DNA of 64,000 nt, taken from positions 281,608 through 345,607 of the forward strand of contig CAVZBT010000010.1 in the NCBI GenBank assembly GCA_963773605.1, written 5' to 3'. The position numbers and the translations under genes are program-made. Every line of letters starts with the position of its first letter. The stretch's first letter is position 1. The DNA is from an uncultured Acidobacteriota bacterium. GTDB taxonomy: Bacteria; Acidobacteriota; UBA6911. Of the stretch, positions 1 through 9,224 are shown in pieces. The notes below the pieces were generated by a model. It saw only the letters and a list, made by a program, of their open reading frames with translations, was not told the DNA's origin and made no database searches.

Positions 1-100
1 GGTGATGCGGCGCAGCCGCGTGACGATTGCGGCGGCTCGCCCGCGTTCGCGATGGCGACTCACCCCGCAGTTTGAGGGGAGCGATGATCGACCCTGGACC

Positions 101-1369
101 TCAGGGGACGACGACGACGTCCGCGCCGTCGCGCAGGCCGTAAGCAGGACCTAATTGTTTGTAGTCGACCGCCCCGCGGGCGTTCAGATCCCAGACGACG
201 GCGCCGTCCTTCAGGGTCATTTCGCAGTAGATGCGCTGCTTCCCGGGCAGGCGGCCGCCGCTTGTGTCGGCGTAGTCGAACGCGCCGTTGGCGATTCTCC
301 ACAAGGCGACGTCCGCGGGCGAGCCGGTGGTCAGGTGACCCAGCTCCGGCCGATGGATCACCTCGGAGGCCGGCATCCAGGTCGAGCGCAGGACAATATC
401 CGCGAACGGCATCCCCATGACGAGCATCTTGGACATCAGGTTCGGGAAGTCCATCAAGGCGCCGTTCATGCTGCCGGTGTGGAGGTCGGTCGAGATCGAG
501 TCGGGGTAAAAGCCCTGCTGCACGGCCGGCACGGCGTTCCGGAAGACGAAGCTCCCCCCGCCGTGACCCAGGTCGAACTTCACCCCGCGTGCCCGGGCCT
601 GCCGGAGATAGTCGAGCAGTCTCCCGCCCTTGTCGAGGTAGGGGACGCCGCTCCGGTACATATGTGTGCTGATGTCGCCCGGTCGAAGCCGCTCGGCGAC
701 GAGCCGCCAGTACGGCCGTTCGGCGGGGAAGAAGCCGAAGTCGACCATGACCGGCAGTCCCGACATCTTGCCGCCCTCGACGGCGCGGTCGACGGCGGTC
801 CAGTCGTGCCCCTCGTAGTGTGCCGTTTTTATCCCTACCACGACATCGCGGTGTTTTGCCGCAATGCGCGCGACCTCGGCGGGGTTCATTTCCTTGACGT
901 CCTGCTCGACGAAATTGCTCACCATCCCGAGCCCGACGATGTTGATGAAGGCAAGGACGCGGGTGCGGACGCGGTCGATGACGGTCTGCCGGAATGCCTC
1001 GAAGTTGCGCCATCCGGCGGAGCCGGCGTCGACCATCGTCGTCGTGCCCGAGCGGAAGCTGAACCCATCGGGCAACACGCTGTTGTCCCCCGCCCAGGCG
1101 TTCGGAATCCCGGTCGTGGCAAACAGGTGCGTGTGGATGTCGACGATTCCCGGGGTAACGTAGAGCCCGCGGGCGTCGATCACTTTTCGGGCTCGGGCAG
1201 GGTCGATCTTCTGCGCAACGGCGGCGATCTTGCCATCGGCGACCGCGACGTCCATTACGGTATCGATTTTGTTCTTTGGGTCGACCACGTGGCCGCCCTG
1301 GATCAGCAGGTCATACTGGGCCGCAGCCGGTGCGGCGAACAGCAGCAACGCAATCATGATTTTTCCCAT
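101..1369 (-). CDS. secreted amidohydrolase-superfamily metallohydrolase (dihydroorotase/deacetylase-like)
   Basis: 422-aa ORF. Signal peptide MGKIMIALLLFAAPAAAQ. GGHVVDP...GIVDIHTH metal-binding N-terminus typical of the amidohydrolase superfamily. AGGAGA RBS upstream of the ATG. Confidence 0.8.
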   Translation of the reverse strand: MGKIMIALLLFAAPAAAQYDLLIQGGHVVDPKNKIDTVMDVAVADGKIAAVAQKIDPARARKVIDARGLYVTPGIVDIHTHLFATTGIPNAWAGDNSVLPDGFSFRSGTTTMVDAGSAGWRNFEAFRQTVIDRVRTRVLAFINIVGLGMVSNFVEQDVKEMNPAEVARIAAKHRDVVVGIKTAHYEGHDWTAVDRAVEGGKMSGLPVMVDFGFFPAERPYWRLVAERLRPGDISTHMYRSGVPYLDKGGRLLDYLRQARARGVKFDLGHGGGSFVFRNAVPAVQQGFYPDSISTDLHTGSMNGALMDFPNLMSKMLVMGMPFADIVLRSTWMPASEVIHRPELGHLTTGSPADVALWRIANGAFDYADTSGGRLPGKQRIYCEMTLKDGAVVWDLNARGAVDYKQLGPAYGLRDGADVVVVP

Positions 1370-1432
1370 TCTGACAAAGTCTCCTGAGCAAGATCCGCGG
1401 GCCGCGGCGAGCCGACGCGGCCCACCGCCCCA

Positions 1433-2848
1433 TCATTTCCCGGGGGGCGGGAAGCGCTTTGAGGCATCGTCGAGAACGAGCACCCAGTCGAGCAGTTCGC
1501 CGGGGGTTGGCGGCGTAAATTCCCGCTCGCCGCGGTTGGGAAATTCGCCGATGACCATCGCCTCGCCGTTGCGCGGGTTGAACCACCACGCCTTGACCCG
1601 CGGTCCGGCTACCGCGTCCATGCGCACCTTGAATTTACGCCCGACCGGCGCGTACACCATTGCGAAGCTCCCCTCGGAGTCGCGCGTGGCCGCGAAGCGG
1701 TAGCGGCCGGCGCCGGGCACCGAGGTCTTCACGTCGGCGGGCACTATGACGGTGTCGTCCGGGATGCGCGTGAGGAACGGGCGCGACTGGATCAGGCGTC
1801 GTCCGTATTGCATCTGGGACGCGCCCGGCTGGTCGACGGCCTCGAACCAGGGCATCAGCGGATTATTGACCGGCTGCCGCCCCGGGGCCCACATCTGCCA
1901 GACCGAGTGGTGGCCGTAGGTGTGGCCGAAGGCGCCGCCGAACAGGTCCCAGTACAGCGGACGCCTCACGTCGGCGGCGACCGAGTGACCGAGTTTGGCG
2001 GCGTCGAACGAGACCGGGTGGTCCTCATAAATCGGCTCGCCGTCCACGACGGGCTTCACCGGGGTGCGGTCGTAATCGGCGCGGGTCTGCGAGTAACGGC
2101 CCGTGAACTCTGTCACATGGCCGTTTTGGCGCATGTTGAAGTCCAGCCATTCGGCGTCGTGGAAGTAGGCCGAGGAACCCTGGCCGCCCGTCGGATGAAA
2201 GGTGTGGAGATGGATGCCGCCATCCCCCTGGTGCAGCCCCCAGACCATGCGCCGCACGATCTCACGCTGCGTGTCGTTTTCGATTGGCCTGTCGCCGCCC
2301 ATGATCCAGATGACCGGCTTGTCGCGGTAGCGCCGACCGATCCATTTGCCGTAGGCCTCGGCCTTGTCGGGCGTGAAAATCTCCGGCCCGACACCCCACT
2401 TCTTGTTCCACTTGTCCCCCCAGGTCGGGAGGAATCCGATGAAAAGACCCAGGCTGGTGGCCCGGTCGACGATGTAGTCCACGTGGTCCCAGTAGTCGTT
2501 CGCGGGACCGTCCCTGACGTCGGGTTTCGCGGGGTCGTTGTCGATCAGGGGGCGATGGCCGTAAGGATTGGGAGCGTTCAGCCCGTCGAGCTCTGCCAGC
2601 GCCACCGCCTGAATGACGGTAAAGCCCTTGCTGGCGCGGTCCCCCAGGTAGCGGTCGGCCTCCTCGCGGTTGAGCCGGTGAAAGAGCTCCCATGCGGTGT
2701 CGCCCAGGTAGAAAAACGGCCGCCCGTCGGCATAAACCAGGAAGCGACCGTTAGGACTGACCTTCAGGCGCGGTGCCTCGGCACCGGCCGCCCCGGATGC
2801 GGTCAGCAGAATGCTTACAAAGCCGAGCAGGCGCATGAATCTGGCCAT
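1433..2848 (-). CDS. GH140-like glycoside hydrolase (DUF4038 catalytic domain plus C-terminal collagen-binding-like domain)
   Basis: Motif [36 protein letters not shown]...GFTVIQ...LPTWGDKW is typical of DUF4038/GH140. Signal peptide present. Start chosen at the ATG at 2848 (MARFMRLLG), preceded by GAGAGGA. Confidence 0.7.
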   Translation of the reverse strand: MARFMRLLGFVSILLTASGAAGAEAPRLKVSPNGRFLVYADGRPFFYLGDTAWELFHRLNREEADRYLGDRASKGFTVIQAVALAELDGLNAPNPYGHRPLIDNDPAKPDVRDGPANDYWDHVDYIVDRATSLGLFIGFLPTWGDKWNKKWGVGPEIFTPDKAEAYGKWIGRRYRDKPVIWIMGGDRPIENDTQREIVRRMVWGLHQGDGGIHLHTFHPTGGQGSSAYFHDAEWLDFNMRQNGHVTEFTGRYSQTRADYDRTPVKPVVDGEPIYEDHPVSFDAAKLGHSVAADVRRPLYWDLFGGAFGHTYGHHSVWQMWAPGRQPVNNPLMPWFEAVDQPGASQMQYGRRLIQSRPFLTRIPDDTVIVPADVKTSVPGAGRYRFAATRDSEGSFAMVYAPVGRKFKVRMDAVAGPRVKAWWFNPRNGEAMVIGEFPNRGEREFTPPTPGELLDWVLVLDDASKRFPPPGK

Positions 2849-3014
2849 AGTTCCTCTCGCGTGCTTACCCCAACGGAACACCCGCGGTAATTATTCCCGA
2901 AACAGACTACTCTCTCGCATCATTATTTTGAACGCCATGGTTTTGAGGCTCCGACTCGGTGAGAGCTTCGTTCCTCGTGCCGGGCCGGCCCACTTCTGGT
3001 ACAGTGAATCCACG

Positions 3015-5117
3015 ATGAGACTGGGGAAGGACCTCTGTTTGCTGGGCACGCTTTTCCTGTGCGCCTGCGCGCAGCGCGATGCGGCATACCACAGCTGGGC
3101 CGTCTACGGGGGTGGGGTCGATCAGATCCGCTACTCGCGGCTCGACCAGATCAACCGCGGCAACGTGTCCGGCCTGCGGCAGGCGTGGGTCTTCGACACC
3201 GGCGACGCGTTTCCGGGCTCCGAGATGCAGTGCAACCCCATCGTCGTGGACGGGATCCTGTATGCCGCCTCCCCGAAGCTGCGGGTGATCGCGCTGGACG
3301 CCGCGCGCGGCAGCCTGCGCTGGAGCTTCGACCCCTTCGAGGGGCGCGAGGTCAGGAACCGCCAGCGGGTCCGCGGGCTCGTCCACTGGAGCGACGGCGC
3401 GGAGCGGCGCATCTATTTTGGCGCCGGCCACGATCTCTGGGCGCTTGACGCCGCGACCGGCCGCCCCGCGACCGGCTTCGGGACGGGCGGCAAAGTCGAC
3501 CTGCGCGAGGGGCTCGGGCGCGATCCGGGTGCGCTGAGCGTCACCCTCACGACTCCCGGGGTGGTTTTCCGGGACCTGCTGATTGTCGGCAGCCTGGTCA
3601 GCGAGGCGCTTCCCTCCGCTCCGGGCGACATCCGTGCCTACGAACTGCGCACGGGTAAGTTGCGCTGGAGTTTTCACACGATCCCGCATCCCGGCGAGTT
3701 CGGCCACGAGACCTGGCCCGCGAACGCCTGGCAGTACGCGGGAGGCGCCAACAGCTGGTCGGGAATGGCGCTCGACGAGCGGCGCGGGCTCGTGTTCGTG
3801 CCGACCGGGTCGGCGGCGTTCGATTTCTACGGCGCCAATCGCCACGGCGATAACCTGTTCGCAAACTGCCTGCTTGCCCTGAGGGCCGAAACCGGGGAAC
3901 GCGTCTGGCATTTTCAGGCCGTGAGGCACGACGTCTGGGATCGCGATCTCCCGTCGCCGCCCAGCCTCGTCCAGGTGCGCCGGGATGGTCGCACCATCGA
4001 TGCGGTCGCGCAGATCACCAAGTCGGGGCACGTGTACGTCTTCGAACGCGAAACCGGTAAGCCCCTCTTTCCGATCGAGAACCGCAGGGTGCCGCCTTCG
4101 GATGTCGACGGCGAGGTGTTGGCCGCCGAGCAGCCGCTTCCCGCGGCGCCCCCGCCGTTTGCCCGGCAGCAACTGACCGAGGAAATGTTGACCCACCGCA
4201 CCCCGGAGGCGCACCAGTCCGCGGTCGACCGCTTCCGCGCGTTGCGCAGCGGCGGGCAGTTCACGCCGCCGAGCCGGGAAGGGACCATCGTGTTCCCGGG
4301 ATTCGACGGTGGGGGCGAGTGGGGCGGCAGCGCCTTCGACCCCGAGTCGCACCTGCTGTATGTCAACTCCAACGAAATGGCGTGGGTGCTTCGGCTCGTG
4401 CCGGTGCCGCCCGTGAAACCGCGCACCAGCGGCCAGCAGCTGTACGGCAGGCATTGCGCCTCCTGCCATCGGGCCGATCTGCGCGGCACTCCCCCCGAGT
4501 TTCCCGCCTTGAACGGGATCGCGGCCAAATACCCGGATTCGCGTATCGGGGAGATCATCCGCGACGGGAGCGGCCGCATGCCGGGCTTCGCAAACCTGCA
4601 GCCCTCCCTGATCGAGGCCATCACCCGGTATCTGGCTCGCGGGGATGCTGTGCCCGCTGTCGCGTCGGACGCGCCGTCGCCGCTTGACCTGAAGTACACG
4701 ACTGACGGATACAACAAGTTTCTAGACCCGGACGGCTATCCGGCACTCGAGCCTCCCTGGGGTACGCTCAACGCCATCGACCTCGACAAGGGCGAGATCG
4801 CGTGGAAGATCCCGTTCGGAGAGTTTCCCGAATTGGCGGCCAGGGGATTGCGCAACACCGGGACGGAAAACTACGGGGGGGCCGTCGTCACCGCCGGCGG
4901 GATCCTGTTTATCGGGGCTACGAATCACGATAAGAAATTCCGCGCGTTCGATAAGGCGACGGGCAAGCTGCTCTGGGAGACGGTCCTGCCCGCGGCCGGC
5001 AACGCCACCCCGGCGACCTACGAGGTCGGCGGCCGGCAGTATGTCGTGATCGCGGCGGGCGGCGGCAAGTCCGGCGCGCCTTCGGGCGGCTCCTATGTCG
5101 CCTTCGCGCTGCCATAG
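3015..5117 (+). CDS. PQQ-dependent dehydrogenase (quinoprotein, glucose/sorbosone type) with embedded cytochrome c domain; lipoprotein
   Basis: Beta-propeller repeats with W-motifs. CASCH heme-binding motif near residue 470 of the ORF. Lipobox LFLCAC after [12 protein letters not shown]. The longer ORF-track start at 2811 overlaps the divergent gene, so the ATG at 3015 was used. Confidence 0.85.
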   Translation: MRLGKDLCLLGTLFLCACAQRDAAYHSWAVYGGGVDQIRYSRLDQINRGNVSGLRQAWVFDTGDAFPGSEMQCNPIVVDGILYAASPKLRVIALDAARGSLRWSFDPFEGREVRNRQRVRGLVHWSDGAERRIYFGAGHDLWALDAATGRPATGFGTGGKVDLREGLGRDPGALSVTLTTPGVVFRDLLIVGSLVSEALPSAPGDIRAYELRTGKLRWSFHTIPHPGEFGHETWPANAWQYAGGANSWSGMALDERRGLVFVPTGSAAFDFYGANRHGDNLFANCLLALRAETGERVWHFQAVRHDVWDRDLPSPPSLVQVRRDGRTIDAVAQITKSGHVYVFERETGKPLFPIENRRVPPSDVDGEVLAAEQPLPAAPPPFARQQLTEEMLTHRTPEAHQSAVDRFRALRSGGQFTPPSREGTIVFPGFDGGGEWGGSAFDPESHLLYVNSNEMAWVLRLVPVPPVKPRTSGQQLYGRHCASCHRADLRGTPPEFPALNGIAAKYPDSRIGEIIRDGSGRMPGFANLQPSLIEAITRYLARGDAVPAVASDAPSPLDLKYTTDGYNKFLDPDGYPALEPPWGTLNAIDLDKGEIAWKIPFGEFPELAARGLRNTGTENYGGAVVTAGGILFIGATNHDKKFRAFDKATGKLLWETVLPAAGNATPATYEVGGRQYVVIAAGGGKSGAPSGGSYVAFALP

Positions 5118-5149
5118 GGTTTTCATCTCGAACACTTCTCAAGAAAGGA

Positions 5150-6531
5150 GTGCAAATGAGACGCGGCAGGTTCTTGGTGCTGTGGTGCGTCGCGGTGGCG
5201 GTGTTTGGGCAGCAGCAGGTCAACATCATCGTGCGTCCCAAGGAGATCCACGACGTGCTGGTCAACCCGGGGATGGGTATCCAGACTTTCCAGCGCTTCA
5301 ACGGGCAGGCGATCTATCCCGGCCTGCGCTGGTCCGAGGTCGGGCCGGAGGGCCCCGTCGCCGATGCCGCGGGCCCGGTGGACTTTCCCGGCTCTTCGGT
5401 GGCTTATCTGCGCTGGTTCTGGTCGCAGCTGGAACCGGAGCGCGGCAAGTACCGCTGGGACATCCTCGATTCCGCCCTGGACGAGGCGCGCAAGCACGGC
5501 CAGGCCCTGAATATCCGACTCATGCCCTACGACCAGGGGAACCCGCTGCCGGAGTGGTACCGCAACTCGGGCGCCCGCCGGGCCAACAAGCCGAAGACCA
5601 GGATGGCAAGATCTGGTCCCCCGATGCGGACGACCCTGCCTACGCGAAGTACTGGAGCGCTTTCATCCTGGAGGCGGGCCGCCGCTACGACGGGCACCCG
5701 TACCTGGACACGGTGGACATTTCGACGGTGGGCTACTGGGGCGAAGGCTGGGGCCCCTACCTGCCGGCCTGGACGGTGCAGAAGGAGCTGATCGACCTGC
5801 ACTTCAAGGCGTTCACCCGGACCCCCCTGCTGATGAATTTCGACGAGCCGGACGCCCTGGTCTACGGCTGCGAGCGGGGCGCCGGCTGGCGCCTCGATTG
5901 CTGGGGCGATATGGGGCGTCCCGGCCGGAATTTCGCCCACATGGTCGACATGTACCCGCAGCAGATTGCCCGCGGGGGCCTCGGGGACATCTGGCGGCGG
6001 TCGCCCGTGTCGCTGGAGGTGTGCGGCACACCCGGTTCATGGAAGAAGATGAACTACGAGCTGAAGCCGATCCTGGACCAGGCGCTGCGCTGGCACGCAT
6101 CGACGATCAACCTGAAATCGACGAAGATCCCGGACGAGTGGAAAGAAGATTTCGAGGAGTTTCAGAAACAGATCGGTTACCGCTACATGCTGCGCCGCTT
6201 CGAGTATCCCCCGCAAGTGAAGGCGAACCGCATGCTGCCCGTGAAGATGTGGTGGTTCAATGCCGGCGTTGCCCCGGTGTATCGCGAGTACCACCTGATG
6301 ATGCGGATCGGGGACGCTCTCGTGCAGGTGCCCGTCGACGTGCGCAAGTGGCTGCCGGGCGATGCGGTGTACGAGGGGACGCTCTATGTCGACGGGGCCC
6401 TCCGGCCGGGGCAGCACAAGCTCAGCGTGGCCATGGTGGACCCGAGAACCGGGCAGCCGGCCATCCGGCTCGCCATGGAAGGACGTCAGCCCGACGGCTG
6501 GTACGACCTCGGCGCCATCACGGTGGAATGA
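5150..6531 (+). pseudogene. glycoside-hydrolase-like protein (GH42-like N-terminus, DUF4832-type C-terminus) interrupted by a frameshift near 5585-5600
   Basis: The signal peptide and protein-like sequence run in the frame of 5150 up to ...EWYRNSGARRANK. Protein-like sequence then continues in the frame of 5095 from ...EDQDGKIWSPDADDPAYAKYW to the stop at 6531. A single-nt indel around CCGAAGAC joins the two frames. Confidence 0.6.
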
Positions 6532-6651
6532 TTCCAGGTGGGCGGGGGAGGCCCGACCCCGCCCCTCACCGGGTTGGGGTGAACACGGTCCGACGAGCAG
6601 GATCTGTGGGGCCGCGTCGGGCCGCCGCGCCCACTTTGGGCGGCCCCGACC

Positions 6652-7614
6652 TCAGACTCGCGCGATGATCTCCAGCAGGCCTTGCAGCGATTCGCGGGTC
6701 GCAAGCTCCTTGTTGCGATCGGGCCTCTGGTAGTGCGTCTCCAGTGTCAGAGTGCCCTGGTAGCCTTCCTTGATGAGGGTCCGCAGCAGGCCCGTGTTGT
6801 CGATCTCTCCTTTGCCCGTCGGAACCCACTCGCACTTTCCCGTCGCCGTGTTGCGTTTCGCGTCGCGCAGGTGGATGTGGTGCACCCGTTTCTTGTCCAG
6901 CAGCGCATAGCCGCCCGGGAAGGGCACCTCCGGGGCGCAGAAGGCGTTGTTCGGGTCCCACGCGAGGCCGAGCGCCGGTGACGGCACCGCCGCGAGCAGC
7001 CGCGCGCACTCCGCGGAGGTCTCCACCAGCCCGCCGTTGACATTTTCGACCAGCAGGACGCGCCCGGCGGCGCGGGCGCGATCGGCTGCGCGGCCGAGAT
7101 GCTCGGCCACCCGCCGCCAGGCGGCTTCGACGTCTTCGGCGCGCCAGAACGCGAAGATCCGGATGAAGCGCGTCCCGAGGATCTCGGCCCGTTCGAGGGC
7201 GCGCCCGAGCAGGGCGTCCTGCTGGTCGTACGGGTAGTCATCGCGCATGCCGCGCGCGGGCTTCAGGCCGGGAAGGGCACACTTGTAGAGGGCGGTGTCG
7301 AGCACCGACAACCGGATCTTCGCGTCGTCCAGCAGGCCGCGCGCTTTCAGGACCTCGGCCGTCTCGAGATCGGTGACGTAAGTGCCCCAGAGGTTGCGGA
7401 TCTCGGCCCACTCCAGGCCGAACTCCCTCAGGAAGCGCAGCGCCGTCTCGAGGTCCGGGGCGATCTCGTCCGTGGTGACCCCGAGTTTGAAGCGGCGCGC
7501 CGCCGTGTTGAGGTCCGCGGCTGCACCGCGTGAAAGTCCCAGGCCGGCCAATCCCGCGCCTGCCAGCGCCGCAAAGCGCCTGCGTGTACACCGACTCAGT
7601 CCATGATCATCCAT
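6652..7614 (-). CDS. Tat-exported sugar phosphate isomerase/epimerase (xylose isomerase-like TIM barrel)
   Basis: Twin-arginine signal (CTRRRFAALAGAGLAGLG). TIM-barrel family motifs (...IHLRD..., ...LETHY...). AAGGGGA RBS. Confidence 0.85.
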   Translation of the reverse strand: MDDHGLSRCTRRRFAALAGAGLAGLGLSRGAAADLNTAARRFKLGVTTDEIAPDLETALRFLREFGLEWAEIRNLWGTYVTDLETAEVLKARGLLDDAKIRLSVLDTALYKCALPGLKPARGMRDDYPYDQQDALLGRALERAEILGTRFIRIFAFWRAEDVEAAWRRVAEHLGRAADRARAAGRVLLVENVNGGLVETSAECARLLAAVPSPALGLAWDPNNAFCAPEVPFPGGYALLDKKRVHHIHLRDAKRNTATGKCEWVPTGKGEIDNTGLLRTLIKEGYQGTLTLETHYQRPDRNKELATRESLQGLLEIIARV

Positions 7615-7756
7615 AAATCCCCTTAATGACCTTCGCAGACTTCGAGGTGAGCGACGGCACCGCAGTTGCCCCTCGCATTCAAGGCGGTGCGGCGTATATA
7701 TTCGGTCGTCAGCGCTGCGGCGTCAACAGCTGTCAAACGTCGCGGAGGGAGGGTCC

Positions 7757-8350
7757 ATGGAACTGCTTGAAGCGGACCGAAGCATAGTGGCCGTGATCGA
7801 CCTTCAGGGGAAGTTGATGGAGATGATCGAGCGCCCTGCCCTGGTCGTCGAGGCGACCGTCCGGCTGATCAGGCTCGCCGGGCTGTTCGAGGTGCCGGTC
7901 GTCCTGACCGAACAGTATCCCCGGGGCCTCGGCCCCACGCACCCGGAGGTTCGGGCCGCATTCGATGCGCTGGCCACGCCGCGCAGGTACATAGACAAGA
8001 CGGCATTCGGCTGCTGCGGCGTTCCAGGGTTCGACGGTGCGCTCGAGGAACTGCGCCCCGGCCTCGAGCCGGCGCGGCGCCAGGTGGTCGTCGCGGGGAT
8101 CGAAGCCCACGTGTGCGTCATGCAGACGGTCGTTGAGCTCCTGCGCCGGCACAACGGGGTTTATGTCTGCTGGGACTGCGTCAGCGGCCGGGGTGCCGAA
8201 TATCGCCGCCACGCCCTGGACCGGATGGCGCAGGCGGGGGCGGTCCTGACAAACCACGAGTCGACCGGGTTCGAGTGGGCGCGCCACAAGGACGATCCGC
8301 GGTTCAAGGAGATGAGCCACCTGTTCAAGGAGGGTCAGCCGAGAGGTTGA
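7757..8350 (+). CDS. isochorismatase-family cysteine hydrolase
   Basis: 197 aa. IVAVIDLQ...VVLTEQ...VVVAGIEAHVCV pattern typical of the isochorismatase family. GGAGGGAGGG RBS. Confidence 0.85.
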   Translation: MELLEADRSIVAVIDLQGKLMEMIERPALVVEATVRLIRLAGLFEVPVVLTEQYPRGLGPTHPEVRAAFDALATPRRYIDKTAFGCCGVPGFDGALEELRPGLEPARRQVVVAGIEAHVCVMQTVVELLRRHNGVYVCWDCVSGRGAEYRRHALDRMAQAGAVLTNHESTGFEWARHKDDPRFKEMSHLFKEGQPRG

Positions 8351-8973
8351 TCGGGGGGCGGCGCCCCTTGGGCTTGCGGTTTCGGCGGCGGTAGCGCGCC
8401 CCGCGCGCGCAGTCTTCGGGCCAGGATGAAGGACGCGGCCAGCGCCAGCAGGACCCCCACGATCAGGAGGTAGTGGTCCCTGATCATGCCGGCAGCCTCG
8501 TCGCCGAAGCGGGCACCGAGCCAGCCGATGAGGGCATAACGCATCACGCGTGCCAGGGCGACCGCCGCAGCGAACGTGGCGATCGGGGTGCGGAACGCGC
8601 CGGCGGCCAGGATGACCGCTTTCGTCGGAAACGGAGGCGGCATGGCGACGCCTGTGAAAACTGCCCAGGCGGCGTTCCTCTGAATCAGGCGCTCGATGCG
8701 CTCGCGCCGGCCCGGAGAAAAGCGCGCCAGCGCGGCTTTTCCTCCGGCCATCCCGACACGGTAGAGGACGATGCAGCCGACCGTCGATCCCAGGGCAGCT
8801 GCCAGGACGATGAGCGGCACTTGCGCGGGGTTGTGCCAGGACAGCAGCAACACAACCGCGTCCGGGCCGCCCACCATGGGGACGGCGGCGGAATCCAGCA
8901 GTGCGAGGAGGAACACTCCGGGGATGCCGAGATAAACAAGATATTGACCGACCCGGTCGATTAGTCGCAGCAA
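8335..8973 (-). CDS. DedA/YqaA-family (VTT domain) membrane protein
   Basis: 212-aa multi-TM ORF with the ...PMVGGPDA... and ...PPPFPTKAVILAAGA... motifs of YqaA/DedA proteins. Apparent TTG start. Confidence 0.7.
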   Translation of the reverse strand: MLRLIDRVGQYLVYLGIPGVFLLALLDSAAVPMVGGPDAVVLLLSWHNPAQVPLIVLAAALGSTVGCIVLYRVGMAGGKAALARFSPGRRERIERLIQRNAAWAVFTGVAMPPPFPTKAVILAAGAFRTPIATFAAAVALARVMRYALIGWLGARFGDEAAGMIRDHYLLIVGVLLALAASFILARRLRARGALPPPKPQAQGAPPPDQPLG

Positions 8974-9020
8974 GATTCCCGCCCTAGAATTCGGATTGGG
9001 GCGTTATACCTTCGCGGGCA

Positions 9021-9209
9021 GGAAGAAGCGAGAAGAAAGTAGCCGGAAGCCGAAGACGGAAGCCAGAAGAACGGAAGCCAGAAGACGGACGGAAGCCGGA
9101 AGCCGGAAGAATCCAGTCTGTCCGGTGTCGGCCGTTCATGCATTCGGCTTCCGGCTTCCATCTTTGCCCTGTAGGCACCGGGCTTCCGGCTTCTTTCTTC
9201 CGGCTTCCT
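9021..9209. repeat. GGAAGCC-type polypurine arm (9021-9111) and GGCTTCC-type polypyrimidine arm (9145-9209) forming a long imperfect hairpin
   Basis: GGAAGCCGGAAGCCG at 9091-9105 is perfectly complementary to CGGCTTCCGGCTTCC at 9145-9159. Both arms are built from GGAAGCC(A/G)GAAGA-like units. The element sits directly upstream of the GH2 RBS. Confidence 0.85.
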
Positions 9210-9224
9210 GCATAGGAGGAATGT

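Noticed and set aside
60-1387. Long ORFs overlapping real genes in other frames or on the opposite strand (for example 60-1013, 155-1387, 1808-2890, 2907-4469, 9666-10694, 10710-12167, 25877-26890, 49857-50633)
   Set aside because: These are typical high-GC shadow ORFs. They are Arg/Pro/Gly/Ala-rich and low-complexity, have no motifs, and are fully overlapped by ORFs with clear family signatures.
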